From positions 1,240,001-1,304,000 of the forward strand of contig CM074823.1 of the NCBI GenBank assembly GCA_037447605.1: a stretch of DNA of 64,000 nt, written 5' to 3'. This DNA is from Zygnema circumcarinatum SAG 698-1b. Taxonomy: Eukaryota > Plantae > Zygnematophyceae. The notes below the pieces were generated by a model. That model did not search any database. It was not told the DNA's origin and worked only from the letters and a program-made list of their open reading frames with translations. How positions within the stretch are numbered: position 1 is the first letter of the stretch; each line of letters starts with the position of its first letter. The position numbers were made by a program, and so were the translations under genes. This document shows, piece after piece, positions 13,701-25,195 of this stretch.

Positions 13701-16700
13701 ACAAACACTCGAATTCTTGAAACATTTCTTAAGAACAATAGAGCATCGGCTGCACTGGACTGAAACGACTTGAAAAGCTCCAAAACTTCTTCTGTTGCAT
13801 ATGCCTCCTGCTTGATTTCTGATTTGGGAGCTGTAACAGCAGTCCGTAAAGGAAAACGGAACAGAGTCCCAGGGAACGGCCGATGTAAATCGCACCCAAA
13901 AAGGAGATAGGGTCGAAATTGATCTGGAAATTGGTCTAATAACCCTCTGCCCACAAAAGAAATTTTCAGACCCGGATGAGAGGGAGTGATTCCGGGCAAA
14001 TTTGTTGCATGCGGGTCAAAAATAACGAGAGTTTGGCCCGAAACAAATCCCGGAACGTCCGTAAAATGATATACGGAATTAAATCCGAGTCCGAATCGAC
14101 CAATTGCACTTGGCTTTTCCAGTTTCGAATCTTGACCAATCCGACTAATTGAGTAGAGGTCTTTTTGGGTAAAAATGGAGTCATTGAAACAATATAGAGC
14201 GGGCCCCTGCCAATCTGCCATATTAGGGGATAAAACTGAACTTGTTCCATAATTTCCCCTATCAAGCAAAAAGGCTACTTCTCTCGCTCCAGCATCATCT
14301 GCATTTTGAACCAATTCACACAGAATTCCGGGCCCATCTGCATACATTTCGACTATATGCTTTAGTCGAGTGGTCAAAGCTTCATGTTGACCAAAAGCTT
14401 CCGCTGCTTCATGCAGAGATAGGTCCATAGAAATCGCACTTTCAGCCAGCATAAGTCGTCTCAGAGAACGAACCCCTAACTTTTCTGCAACATCATTTGA
14501 GATTTTTGAATGGACAAATCGAGGTCCGGCAGATGGCACTACCCCTCCTCTTGCACCTCTCCCTCCTCTCCCTCCTCCTCCCACTCCTCCCCATCCTCCC
14601 TTTCCTCCTCCCCATCCTCCTCCTCCTCCTCCTCCTCCCCCTCCTCCCTCTCCTTCCCCTCCTCTACTCCCTCTCCCTCCTCCCATTGGAGATCCGATGA
14701 GCCCCCCTCCCAAGCCTAAGGAGTTTTCTCTCACATCTTCTATACCCCCTCCTGAAGCAAGCCATGGAGCATCATTATATACAAGATCAGCAGCCGGTAC
14801 AAGAACAGCTTTGGAATCAGGACAATATATCCCTCCTCCCCATCTCCCACTCCCACTCTCACTCCCATTCTCTCCCTCCCCAGTTTCAGGAGCACTACTA
14901 AAGTGCATATCAGCCAAGTGCTGGACAAGCCATATTGAAGCTTCAAGCAGGCGAGGTTCAAGGGGCATTCCTCTATTGTCTTCTGCTATTACGTGAAGAA
15001 GTCGAATGTATTCAGTAGGGGTTAAGGTTTCTCTCACTCCCAGCTCTAAAAAGAGGTCTTTGAAAGCTCCCAAGTCCGAGGGAACCACTAGGAGATATGG
15101 GGCTAAATTAAGAGGGCCGGAAAATGCACATTGGTGTGCTGTACAGAAACTATCTCCCACCCAAACCCATTTGGCACCCTGCAAAAGGAAAGACAGAAAA
15201 AGAGAGGAAAAAAAAAGAAACAGAAAGAGGACAGAAAGAGGTTTAGGGCACAGGGATAAGGGTGTAGGGTTTAACGATTAGGGTTTCATCAAAGCGATGA
15301 TCATTAATGAGAACATAAAATTTCGTTTCTTTTTCGTATCTCTTAGGAATAGAGGGAGCGGGAGATGGAAAGAACAAGAGAGAGAGAGAGGGAGAGAGAG
15401 AGAGAGAGGCGCACATAGAAAAAGGGATCAAGAGAAGTGGCAGACGGAGAGAGAGGGACAAAGAGAGAGAGCGCGAGAGAGGGAGAGAGAGTGAGAGATG
15501 CGGCATTTTACCTGCAAAACAGCCTTCACAATCTCCATCTCCTCCTTTCCCAGAAGCCCACTCAAAAGCTTATAAAGCTGCGGAACAGCTGTAGCCAACG
15601 CTTGGCCCAATTCCTTCCCTTCTGACCCTTCCTCCACTTTCAATTTTCCCAATTCCAAAAGTTGAGCTGCTAGAACACTACCATTGGGTTTTTTAGACCA
15701 GCCAAGTTTTGAACATAAAGCAGCAGACCTACATTCCCCATCTAAAATTCGCATACTTGCCGAAACTAGCCAAGTATCGGTCGATAATCTGACTAACTTC
15801 GGAGGAGCAGTCGAAGAAGCAACGGCAGGCCAAGGAAGTTGAGAAAATGGAGATTGGGTAAGAACAGGAACCCAACAAATGGTGGAAATTTCATGCCAAA
15901 ATCGGTCTAAATTCGCAGTTTCCGCCTCGGCTTGCTCCGAATTTTGAAACAAAGAACTCACTTTTGTGAACATTCGATTGAAGGCTCGATTGACATCGGA
16001 ATCAAAGGGGGGTGCTGAAGTTGGGATGGTTAACCATCGGCCAGAATTAAGCTCAAGATAGGCTAAAAGTGCTTTTCCCCGAATTCTAGCCCTTTCAGAA
16101 TCCACATTCAAAAGTTCTTCAACTGCCCGAGCCGACTGTAGGACTGTGTCTGTAGTTACAGTTGTGCGCAAACCCAACCCTTGAAGCATATCTAACACAC
16201 CAGAATCGGTAAATTCACCACTTGGGAACCAATCCCCATCTCCCAATAGCTCTCTCAATTCACTGTTTCTCGGGTCATAAAGCTCATCTGCTCTTCGTAA
16301 AACTCCAGTTTCAGAAGTGGGTATAAAAGAAAGTCCTGCAATAGCTTCTCTCATGCTTTTATCCACTGAACATAATTGGGGCAATTCTCTTAACATAGAG
16401 AGGGTTGTCCGGTTTCGGAGGTCGACTGGAAGGTCGTGAATCTTAGCCATAACTTGAAGCTTATAAAATGCTGTTCGAGGCAAAGATTTCACTCCCAATG
16501 GACCAGAAAGAACTTGAATTTCCCGCTCACTTGAAGCTTTTAAGAATTCGGAATTCAGCAAAGCTTCATCCACACCTGAAGGAGGCAAAAATCTAGCCTT
16601 CGGACCCAACAGATGTACGAAATTAGCACTCGATCTTTCCGTATTCTTCTGCTGAATTTCCGCTGCATTTCCAGCATTTCCCGTACCCACATCTGATGAA

Positions 16701-19700
16701 ATTTCATGAGTCTGAAATTCATATGTCTCAAAAACAGGAATGCTTCGGAAAATCCTGAGCCTTTCTTCGTTCATTTGGTTTCCTTCATACCATTTGGGCT
16801 GGTAAAGAAATTTGCGTAAAATTCTCCGCTCCTCTGCTGAAGATGACGCTAGAAGTTCCGTGAAGTTCGAGCGATTTTTATGTGCAATTGCTGCTAAGGA
16901 ATCGAGCACACCCATAGCTGTGAAGTCATGCACATAAAATCCTATTTGTGGATGTTCAATTGGAATATCTCTTCGAAGGAAATAGCAGCCCAGTTTGCGT
17001 AATATCTCCATCAAGCTTCTCTCCAGGTTTGGCCTCCTCTCCCTCTCCCTCTCCCTTCTTCCAACATCCTCTCCCTCTGCAGCTGAATCAACTCCTTCTC
17101 CACTACCACTACCACTACCACTACCACTACCACTACCACTACCACCAGAAAGGATCTCTCCTTCCATACCTTCCTCAGTTTCATCCAATCCCTTCCACTG
17201 CAATATCCTCGATATATCTCTTTCCAGAGAGCAAATCTTCTCTCCTTCAATTGGCAATAAGGGCCAGCCCTCTAAAGATGAGAGTGTTTTGAAATTTGAC
17301 CGAATATATTGCCAAAAGAGTTTTAGCCATTCTTCTGAGGGGTGCGATATGGGACTTTGAGGCCAGGTATATTCCCCTCCGTGCCGAAAATTAGGAGGAA
17401 AAAAATTGGGAAGAAGTTGCACAAGTAAAGGGCCAGAAAGAAGGCGGAGATTCCCACCTGCAATGTACAAACCCATGTTTGAATAATTATTGGGGCAAGT
17501 ATAGCAATTAAAGAGGAAAATTTAAAGGAGTTTAGGAAAAGAGGGGGGTAACATGCTAACATAATCCCCAGAAGAAGAGAAACCCAAAAAAATCAGGGCC
17601 TAGAAAACCTTTTTGAATCTGCATGGCAGCTGAAAGACAAAGTCTAGCTCAGAGTAGAAGAGGCGGAAGAGGAATGATCGCAAGTGAACTTCGGACAGAG
17701 AGCGAGAGACAGAGAGAGGGCAGAGGGGAGGAGAGGAAAAGAGAGGAAACGGTAAGAAAGAGGGGAGAGGGAGAGCGAGAGAGGGAGAAGAAGAGAGAAA
17801 GAGAGTGGCAGGAGGAGGGACTGGGGCATGGGTGAGAAAAGAGAAGGATGGTGAGAAAGAGGGGGGGAAGGGGAGGGAGAGGGAAAAGGTGCGGGAGGAA
17901 GGGAGAAGGAGAGAGGTGGGAGAGGAGGGGTGTGTGTGAGTAAGTGGGAGAGAGTGAGAGCGGGAGGAAAGAGGAAATGTGAGTATACCTACCTGTTGAT
18001 AGCTGAGCAATGTTGGTAAGCCTTTCTAGAAGCTCAGGCTTGACTCCTCTGTCGATCACCAACTTCTCCATTTTCCCCTTCATGAAGAGGTCATATTCCA
18101 GCCCCTCTCTAGCCAACACAATTTCCTCCCCCAACATGTTGAGCCCAAACATGCCCAAACTTTTGTCTGCTAGAGGGGCTAATCTTAACCCCATCAAAGC
18201 TTCAGCTGCTTCATCATCAATAACATCCCCTAAACAGTATTCCAAAACAAGCATTGCATGGGTCCGATCTTCCAATCCATTATGTATTATTGGGGCTCTC
18301 ATATGGTCTCGGATTAAGGAGGGAAGAACCACTTTTTGCTTGTTATTTAAGGAGTATCGAAAGAGAAGAGTTTTCATTTCTTTGGGAATGCGAACGATAG
18401 GCAATCCTTCTTTGATCAGAGCTCTTTCCAACCCGTCCGCATCGGAAAATTCTTCATCATGATACAGGGCAGATGGTGGAGATATCCATCTCCCTCCTCC
18501 TTGTACAGATACTCCACCTCCTAATCTTCCATTTGCCTGAGTGTATAATAGGGGAAATTCACTTATATAGGAGTAGAACTTAGCCACCATACTCAACCAA
18601 GGCTCGGCGAAAAACCCCATAGGAAAAAGGGAAAGGTAGGTCTTCTTAAGCCCCACAATCTTGCAAGCTTCAAGCATGAGTTGTACATAGGCAGGAGCAG
18701 CTACATCTTCTAAAAGGCATCGATTCCAGTCTGATCTTAACCGCCCCCCTCTATCCATATCTTCTCCATACCATATATCTCGTCGGTTGGACGAGAGTTC
18801 AAAGTATCCGTTCACATGAATAGGAAGGTTTGTATGAACAGGGAGAGGGAGGAAACAGAAGGCTTGGCCTTGAAGTGGTGTATCTTCAACGAGTTCATCC
18901 TGTGTGAGGAAATTAAACAAGTATTCAGATAGGGTATGTTGGGATTAAAAATTTAGTGTCAGCTCCTGAAAGATAAGTGGAATTTGGTAGGAAGCTATTC
19001 TGTTTCCCAAACACTTTTTATGAATCTACATGCAGACCTGCTCAACAGCCTCCCTCCCTCCCTCCCTCCCTCCCCCTCTCCATCTCTCCCTCCCTTCCTC
19101 CCTCCCTCTCTCCATCCCTCCCTCCGTATTTGGATAAAAAAAGGAGTCAAAAAAAGTCAAATTCAGAGCAGAAAACTCACCCGATTTTCACTTCGTTCAT
19201 CATTGATAGAAATCCGAGCAGCTGTTGAAGCCCAAGGTGTGAGATTCATATCATATTGTTTGGCTGCATTTCTTGCCATTTCCCCAATTCGACTGGTAGG
19301 AGATCCCATACTTTGCGATATCAAAAAGGAGTCAGTTTTTCTATGTACTTCACTTGAGCCTCCTCCCATCAACCCCACTCCTTCACTACCTCTCTCTACC
19401 TCACTGATGAACCGAATATGGTACAAATCATTCACATTTCCGGGAATATTTGCAGATCTGGCCCCTCCTCCCGAAGGTGAAATAGCAGAAGCTGCTGCAG
19501 CCAATCGGGCGTAAGCTTGTCTATGAAATCTGAGAGTCTGATCAGGTGAATCTATTCGACATCGAAATGTGCAATTTGGATTCAAATCACCAGGCAACCA
19601 CTCGTATATTTCGACAACTTCCACACTTTTCAAGAAAAGGAGAGAATATACAGCTTCATCCTGCATCAAAAAGGAATATTTCTTTAGTGAAAAATGATGT

Positions 19701-22232
19701 CAAAAGAGTATACAGACTTACTGAATGCTTTTGCCCAGTGTTGAACAGCAAAACGTTCGTTAGGTGTTCATTAGGTTTTAAGATTTTTTAACTCAAAAAA
19801 ATGATACTTCATCTCCTCTTTCTGCTCCATCCACTGGCGAAAGCCCCTCAGATACACAGTATTTGAACATGGTCAAGTAAGTAAGTCATGTAGAAGGAGG
19901 GGAGAAGGAGGGGTTGGGTTGGAGGGAGGGAGAGAGGAAAGGAAAGGGAGAGAGAGAGCGTGGGGAGACAGTGGTGCAAACTAGACCCACCTACCATAAT
20001 GGACTGCTTGAATTTTCAGTGACAACTGAGCTCATTTTGGGGAGAAAAACAGGTAAGAGAGAGAAAGAGAGAGGAGAGTGAGGAGGGAAATGGAGGAACA
20101 GAAACACGAAGAGGTCCGGGCCAGAAATTCCGTTCACCTGAAAATCCTTCAGCAAAGCAGCCATGTCTTTGGCGCTATATGCTTGTCGGGACAGTTTGCT
20201 GTTAGCTGCTTGCTCTGTAGTCCGCAACGGAAAACGGAACAGAGTGGCATTGTACGGCCTTGCCATGTCACATCCGAATGCTCGGTAGGGCGAGAATTGA
20301 TCGTAGGCGGAGTCTAGAGCATGTGAAGCTACAAAATCAATTCTCTTCCCAGGATTAGAGGCCGAAACTCGAGGAAGATATCGACAATGGGGATCGAAGA
20401 AAACAATATGTCTGCCTGAAACAAACGAAGGTAGGTCCGATAGATGGTAGACAGAATTGAATCCGATNNNNNNNNNNNNNNNNNNNNNNNNNNNNNNNNN
20501 NNNNNNNNNNNNNNNNNNNNNNNNNNNNNNNNNNNNNNNNNNNNNNNNNNNNNNNNNNNNNNNNNNNTCAGTTACTACGTATTGCTAGGGAGGGAGGGAG
20601 GGAGGGAGGGAGGGAGGGAGGGAGGAAGGGAGGGAGGGAGGGAGGGAGGGAGGGAGGGAGGGAGGGAGGGAGGGAGGAGGAGGAGGAGAGATTGTGGTCG
20701 TTATCACTGCCTCCCCTATCTCCCGCCATAGATATGCTCATCTTAACAATTGAACTTCACTCAAAAAAACTGTCGATTATCCTTCAATTCAGATGCCTTA
20801 CCCAAAACGCCCAGTTTTCCATGCTTGTCCTCGTTTCTTGCTGTCCCCAACCCGTGATATGCTTTCAAAATCCTCTTCTGTAAAAACAGCATTATTGTGA
20901 ACCAATAAGGAGGGGCCCTGGAATTGAGCCAGTGGGGGATGCGCCAGTGACTGCGTCCCATGTGTCCGCTGATCCAAGCAGAAAGCAACCTACAGATTGA
21001 ACATTACGGACCATTAGAACATCAAAAAATAAGGAAGAAAAAGGGGACAAGGCATATTTGCGGCTGTGCACATAAGCAATTTTAATTATATGATGGAAAC
21101 TTTGTGTGAAAGGAACATTGCCATAAGAAACTATTGTGACACAACGAAAAGTGTCGACCAACCAACCCTCTCCTGTCCCTCCCTCCCTCCCATCCCCTCT
21201 CATCCCCTCCCTCCCTCCCTCCTTCCCTCCTCCCTCCTCCCTCCTTCCTCCTCCCTCCCTCCCTCCTCCCACCCTCCCTCCCTCCTCCCTCCCTCCCTCC
21301 ATCCTCCCTCTCTCCCCTCTCCTCCCTCCTCCCTCCTCCCTCCCCTCCATTCCCAAACTCTTCCTCTCTTCGTGAGCCATTTCCAACCTCGCCCCCTCCC
21401 AGTTCTGACAGCTGTCCTCCCCCTCCCTCTCTCCCTCTCTCCCTCCCTCCCCCCCTCCCAAACTCTCCCTCTCAACGTGAGCCACCTCCAACCTCGCCCC
21501 CTCCCAGTTCTGACAGTTGTCCCCCCCTTCACTCTCTTCCTCTCTCCCTCCCTCCCTCCCCCCCCTCCCAAACTCTCCCTCTCTTCGTGAGCCATCTCCA
21601 AACTTGCCCCCTCATAGTTCTGCCAGCTGTCCTCCCCCTCCCTCTCCCTCCTCTCCCTCCCCCTCCCTCCTTCCCTTCCTCCCTCCCTCCCTCCCACCCT
21701 CCCCCGCTTCCAAATTCTCCCTCTCTTCGTAAGTCCCTCTTTCCCTCAATCTCTCCCACTCGTCGTAAGCCATCTCCAACCTCGCCCCCTCCCAGTTCTG
21801 CCAGCTGTCCTCCCCCTCCCACTTTCCCTCCCTCCCAAACTCTCTCACGCTTCGTAAGCCATCTCCAAACTCGCCCCCTCCCAGTTCTGCCAGACAGCTG
21901 TCCTCCACCATCCCTCTCCTTCCTTCAATTTTCGTTCTATCGCCGTTTTCTTTCACCCTCATTCCCTCCCTATTAAAAGCATCTTCTGCATCCATCTATC
22001 CATCAAAATAAAACACTAATTCCCATTCTGGACCGCCACGCGTGCTCTCCTACCCTCCCTGCTTTCTCACCTTCGTGGCCCGAGCATCGTCCGCGTTCTG
22101 GATGAGCTCCTTCAAGATGGTGGGGCCCTCCGGGTAGTTCGCAAGCACCTCGCGGATCCTCTGCGTCAAGTCCACCTTCTGACCAAAGTCTTCTCCAAAC
22201 GCATCTGCATCCCATCCTGTGTCCTCCGCCAT
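456..22232 (-). CDS. SACS: Plant-type sacsin (three sacsin repeat regions with Hsp90-like HATPase_c domains); 3' end continues beyond the left edge of the window
   Basis: Exons in transcription order: 22232-22071, 20989-20802, ~20468-20138 (acceptor lies in the N gap), 19660-19181, 18899-17993, 17457-15512, 15178-11599, 11259-10914, 10452-8804, 8424-8134, 7596-7324, 7047-6809, 6098-5818, 5275-4210, 3525-2935, 2369-1308, 893-456. All visible boundaries are GT-AG and phases chain correctly (13,830 nt, about 4,610 codons). Hallmark motifs: FGQKVDLTQRIREVLANYPEGPTILKELIQNADDA, KTGRFGIGFNSVYHLSDLP, AFCFLPLPVHTNLPIHVNGYFELSSNRRDIW, FGQHEALTTRLKHIVEMYADGPGILCELVQNADDAG, LYDPRNSEL. The ORF-track start at 22235 is a GTG; the ATG is at 22232. 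Confidence 0.95.
10487..10900. repeat. Degenerate TTATTAGT and AGTCAG arrays in sacsin intron 8
   Basis: TTATTAG(T)-like units recur across 10697-10900; AGTCA(G/A) units occur at 10487-10527. Confidence 0.75.
20468..20567. other. Assembly gap (100 N) covering the acceptor of sacsin exon 3
   Basis: N run. Further 10-N gaps lie at 39365-39374, 40675-40684, 46497-46506, 58571-58580, 59035-59044 and 63330-63339. Confidence 1.
21355..21910. repeat. Minisatellite in sacsin intron 1: five ~65-nt units with CT-rich spacers
   Basis: Unit approximately AAACTCTCCCTCTCTTCGTGAGCCATCTCCAACCTCGCCCCCTCCCAGTTCTGCCAGCTGTCCTCC, starting near 21355, 21460, 21570, 21712 and 21836. Confidence 0.85.
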
Positions 22233-22724
22233 CACCCCCCCCCTTCTGTCTCTCCCTCCCTCTCCTTCCCTCCCCCTCTCTCCCTCACCCTCTCCCTCTC
22301 TCCCTCACCCTCTCCCTCTCTCTTCCTCTCTCTCCCCCACTCTCCCTCTCTCTCGCTCTCCCTCTCTCCCTCACCCTAACCCTATCTCTCCCTCTCTCTC
22401 CCCCACTCTCCCTCTCTCTCGCTATCCCTCTCTCCCTCACCCTCCCCCTCTCTCTCCCTCTCTCTCCCTCTCCCTCTCTCCCGCTCTCTCCTCCCCCCTT
22501 TCCCTCTCTCTGCTCCCCTCTCCCTCTCTTCTTCCCCCTCTCCCTGTCTCGCACTCCCACTCTCCCTCACCCTCTTCCTCTCTCTCCCTCTCTCTCCCTC
22601 TCTCTCTCTCCCTATCTCTCTCCACCTCTCTCCCTCCCACTCTCCCTCTCCCCCTCTCTCTCCCCCTCTCTCTCTCTCCCCGCCTCTCTCGCCCTCGCTC
22701 TCTCCCCCTCTCTCGCCCCCCTGC

Positions 22725-22749
22725 AACCCTAAAATTAATCAAACCCTAA
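22725..22749. promoter_or_regulatory. Telo-box-like AAACCCTAA motifs upstream of sacsin
   Basis: AACCCTAA at 22725 and AAACCCTAA at 22741, about 500 nt upstream of the ATG. Telo-boxes are established plant promoter/5'UTR elements; function here is inferred. Confidence 0.4.
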
Positions 22750-23108
22750 AAATTCTGAAATCTCCGCCATATTCTTGACAAATACCCTGAACTCCATTCT
22801 CTTTGAAAGCCTTCAGTTCCTGCAAATCTCCTCCAGTTCCTGATCTCCAGCCCTAAAAGGCTTTTCTCAAACACTAAAAGTTCGAAACTTCTGACAGTTT
22901 CCGAAAACCCTGGCGCTCTGCGAACCCTTCCATTCCTTCAAATCCAGAAAATCCCAAACTTAAATTCTTCCAATTTTTTTTTCAATTTCATTGGCATTCC
23001 CCCTCCTGGGCCTACTCCTGCCATAGCAGAGCCCCTCCTGCTCTGGCCCTGCTGTCTTTCCCAAACTTGCCACTTCCCTAAACTAATCCAACACCAAAGG
23101 AAACTCAC

Positions 23109-23327
23109 CACGTGTACAAAAGTGTCCACGTGGCGTGTCCTCATTGGCGGAAGCCATTTTTTTCCTTCAATTTTTCCTGTTCTCGAGCAGGCCCGAGGGC
23201 CTTTTTCCAATTGACAATTTTTTTAATTCTCAGAGCCAATAGACGTTGAACACGTGGACTATTTTGCTTGCGTGGTATGAACGTCGGCCAATGGAAATTG
23301 AGCACGTGTACAATTTTGCTTGCGTGG
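23109..23327. promoter_or_regulatory. G-box (CACGTG) cluster with a duplicated 25-nt module upstream of sacsin
   Basis: CACGTG near 23110, 23127, 23251 and 23303. CACGTG(G/T)AC(T/A)ATTTTGCTTGCGTGG occurs at both 23251 and 23303. Confidence 0.5.
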
Positions 23328-23612
23328 CAAATTGCCGTAGCTGGAGTCGGTCGCAAATGGAGAGAGGGACGTGTCCCGAAACGTTTACATTGGGTTGACC
23401 ACATAAAGAATCCGTAATTTTTGAAAGAATGACAGTTTTAACTTTCGTACTTATTTCGAACTGAGTAGCACACATTTCTATCGGCGCCAAGAAACCTCCC
23501 ATGCTGTCAATCAAGCTCGCACGAGCAATTCACACTTGCGATGACGAACAGCGATTGGTCCACGTCAACAAAATACTATGAAATTCTAAATCAGTTCAAA
23601 CGGGAATCGAGA

Positions 23613-23613
23613 A

Positions 23614-23645
<32 letters not shown>

Positions 23646-23655
23646 GGAAAATGGA

Positions 23656-23698
<43 letters not shown>

Positions 23699-23699
23699 G

Positions 23700-23741
<42 letters not shown>

Positions 23742-23765
23742 CCGAAAACTGGAAACTAGAAACCG
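23613..23765. repeat. (GGAAACT)n heptamer tandem array, ~22 units
   Basis: Directly visible, with a few GGAAACC/GGAAAAT variants. Confidence 0.95.
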
Positions 23766-24206
23766 GGCGGACTTGAAAAACCAATTCGACTAAGTTTCAG
23801 GGAGCAATGGTTGGTGCGATGCTGCCAGTGCCACTAATCGTCAACCGTTGGTTGGCAAACCCCGCCAACCATCGTATGTTGCAACCATTGGTTGGTGGAC
23901 CCATGCAACCGTTAGCAATGGCAGCAAACATGAGTGATGATGGGTAACCATTGATTCAATGGTTCCAGCATTGATGCTGGTTGGAAACATTGAGAAATTG
24001 GCAACTATTTCCAATAGTTGATATCATTGGTTGGCAGTCGAGCAAGCGATTACCAATGATTGCCAACCATTGGGGCTTGTAAGACGTAAGAATCTTCCGT
24101 AGTACTGAAGAAAATCTTTCATCAGTTTCCAAAAATACGGAAAAATAATCCTCCGTTTGATTTTGATTTTGTGAAGTCTGCCATGGATGTTTGGCAAACG
24201 CAGAAG

Positions 24207-24326
24207 GAAGTGGCATTGATCTCACGATGGCGAGGTCATCAAATGTCCATGGACAAAATCAGCATCATGGGGAAACCACGAGGAACTGGGCGCAAAGGAC
24301 CTAAGCACAAAAGAAAAAAGCTAGGA
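24207..24326 (+). repeat. Dispersed ~120-nt repeat, copy 1
   Basis: The 27-nt GAAGTGGCATTGATCTCACGATGGCGA is identical to 33308-33334, followed by a closely similar CATGGACAAA.TCAGCATCATGGGGAA.CCACGAGGAACTGG.CGCAAAGGA.CTAAGCACAAA. Confidence 0.85.
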
Positions 24327-24637
24327 ATGGGCTATTGACGCCAATCAATGGTCGCAACCATTGGCAATGGTTGCCAATTTGCCAATGCTTGGCGACCATT
24401 CCAACGATGTACGATGGTTGGTACGTCGTTGATTCGCTTACATACGCAGCCAGTCAGCTTCTTAGCTATTCGTACGAGTCAAAATCTCGTTAACCAGATT
24501 TGTATCATTTTGTGGCCCACTGTCATTGGTGGAACCCCCTTTGACCGTGCGCTTGCGCTGATTTGCCCAATTAAAACCGACGAAATGTCGGTACCGTACA
24601 AAATGTTAAAAGCAACATTTCCGACCTGTCCGTGTCG

Positions 24638-25195
24638 TTCGTACAATTCGTACAGTTCGTACCTGCCGGAAGCGTTGTTGGAAAGCCCTCGGCCTAGGCC
24701 CTAGGCCCGAGGTCCTAACCCTAGCCCTTAGCCCCTAGGCCCTAACGCCTAAGGCTTAGGGCCTAGGGCCTAGTTCTATATGCGTAAAATCTTTAGGTTT
24801 CGTTCTGACGTCAACATGTGTGCGAAAATGGCGCAGAAGGTGCTCAGAGAGCCGGAGCATGTGACACGTTTTTTGTCGTTTAGAGAACTTAAGAAACCAC
24901 TGACGTATGCAGGATGACTAGGGACCTACGCCCTAGGTCCTAGGATCCTATGGGCCTAGGGGCATAGGGGCCTAGGGCCTATGGAAATTCCCGCATTGAA
25001 TTTCTCCCTATGGCGTCCCGCCGATACAATTGAATTCAAAGGGAACAAAGTAGACGACACGCGTCGCCTCCTGATTGATTAATTTTATCGTTGACCAAAA
25101 AAATCGTTGACTGGCCTTCGAAAATGTCGGTGGATTATGTACTACAGGTACATATGTACGAAATCTACGTAAGAATATGTACGAACATGTACGGA
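24638..25195. mobile_element. Possible non-autonomous foldback/MITE-like element with CCTAGG-rich inverted arms
   Basis: CTAGGCCCTAGGCCC (24694-24708) is the perfect reverse complement of 24759-24773 and nearly of 24968-24981. TTCGTAC x3 (24638-24662) on the left is mirrored by GTACG(A/G)A x3 (25156-25195) on the right. No target-site duplication or transposase was identified. Confidence 0.35.

Noticed and set aside
21355-21910. Repeat-spacer appearance resembling a CRISPR array
   Set aside because: Eukaryotic intron; units are ~65 nt and degenerate, the spacers are low-complexity CT rather than unique, and no cas genes are present.
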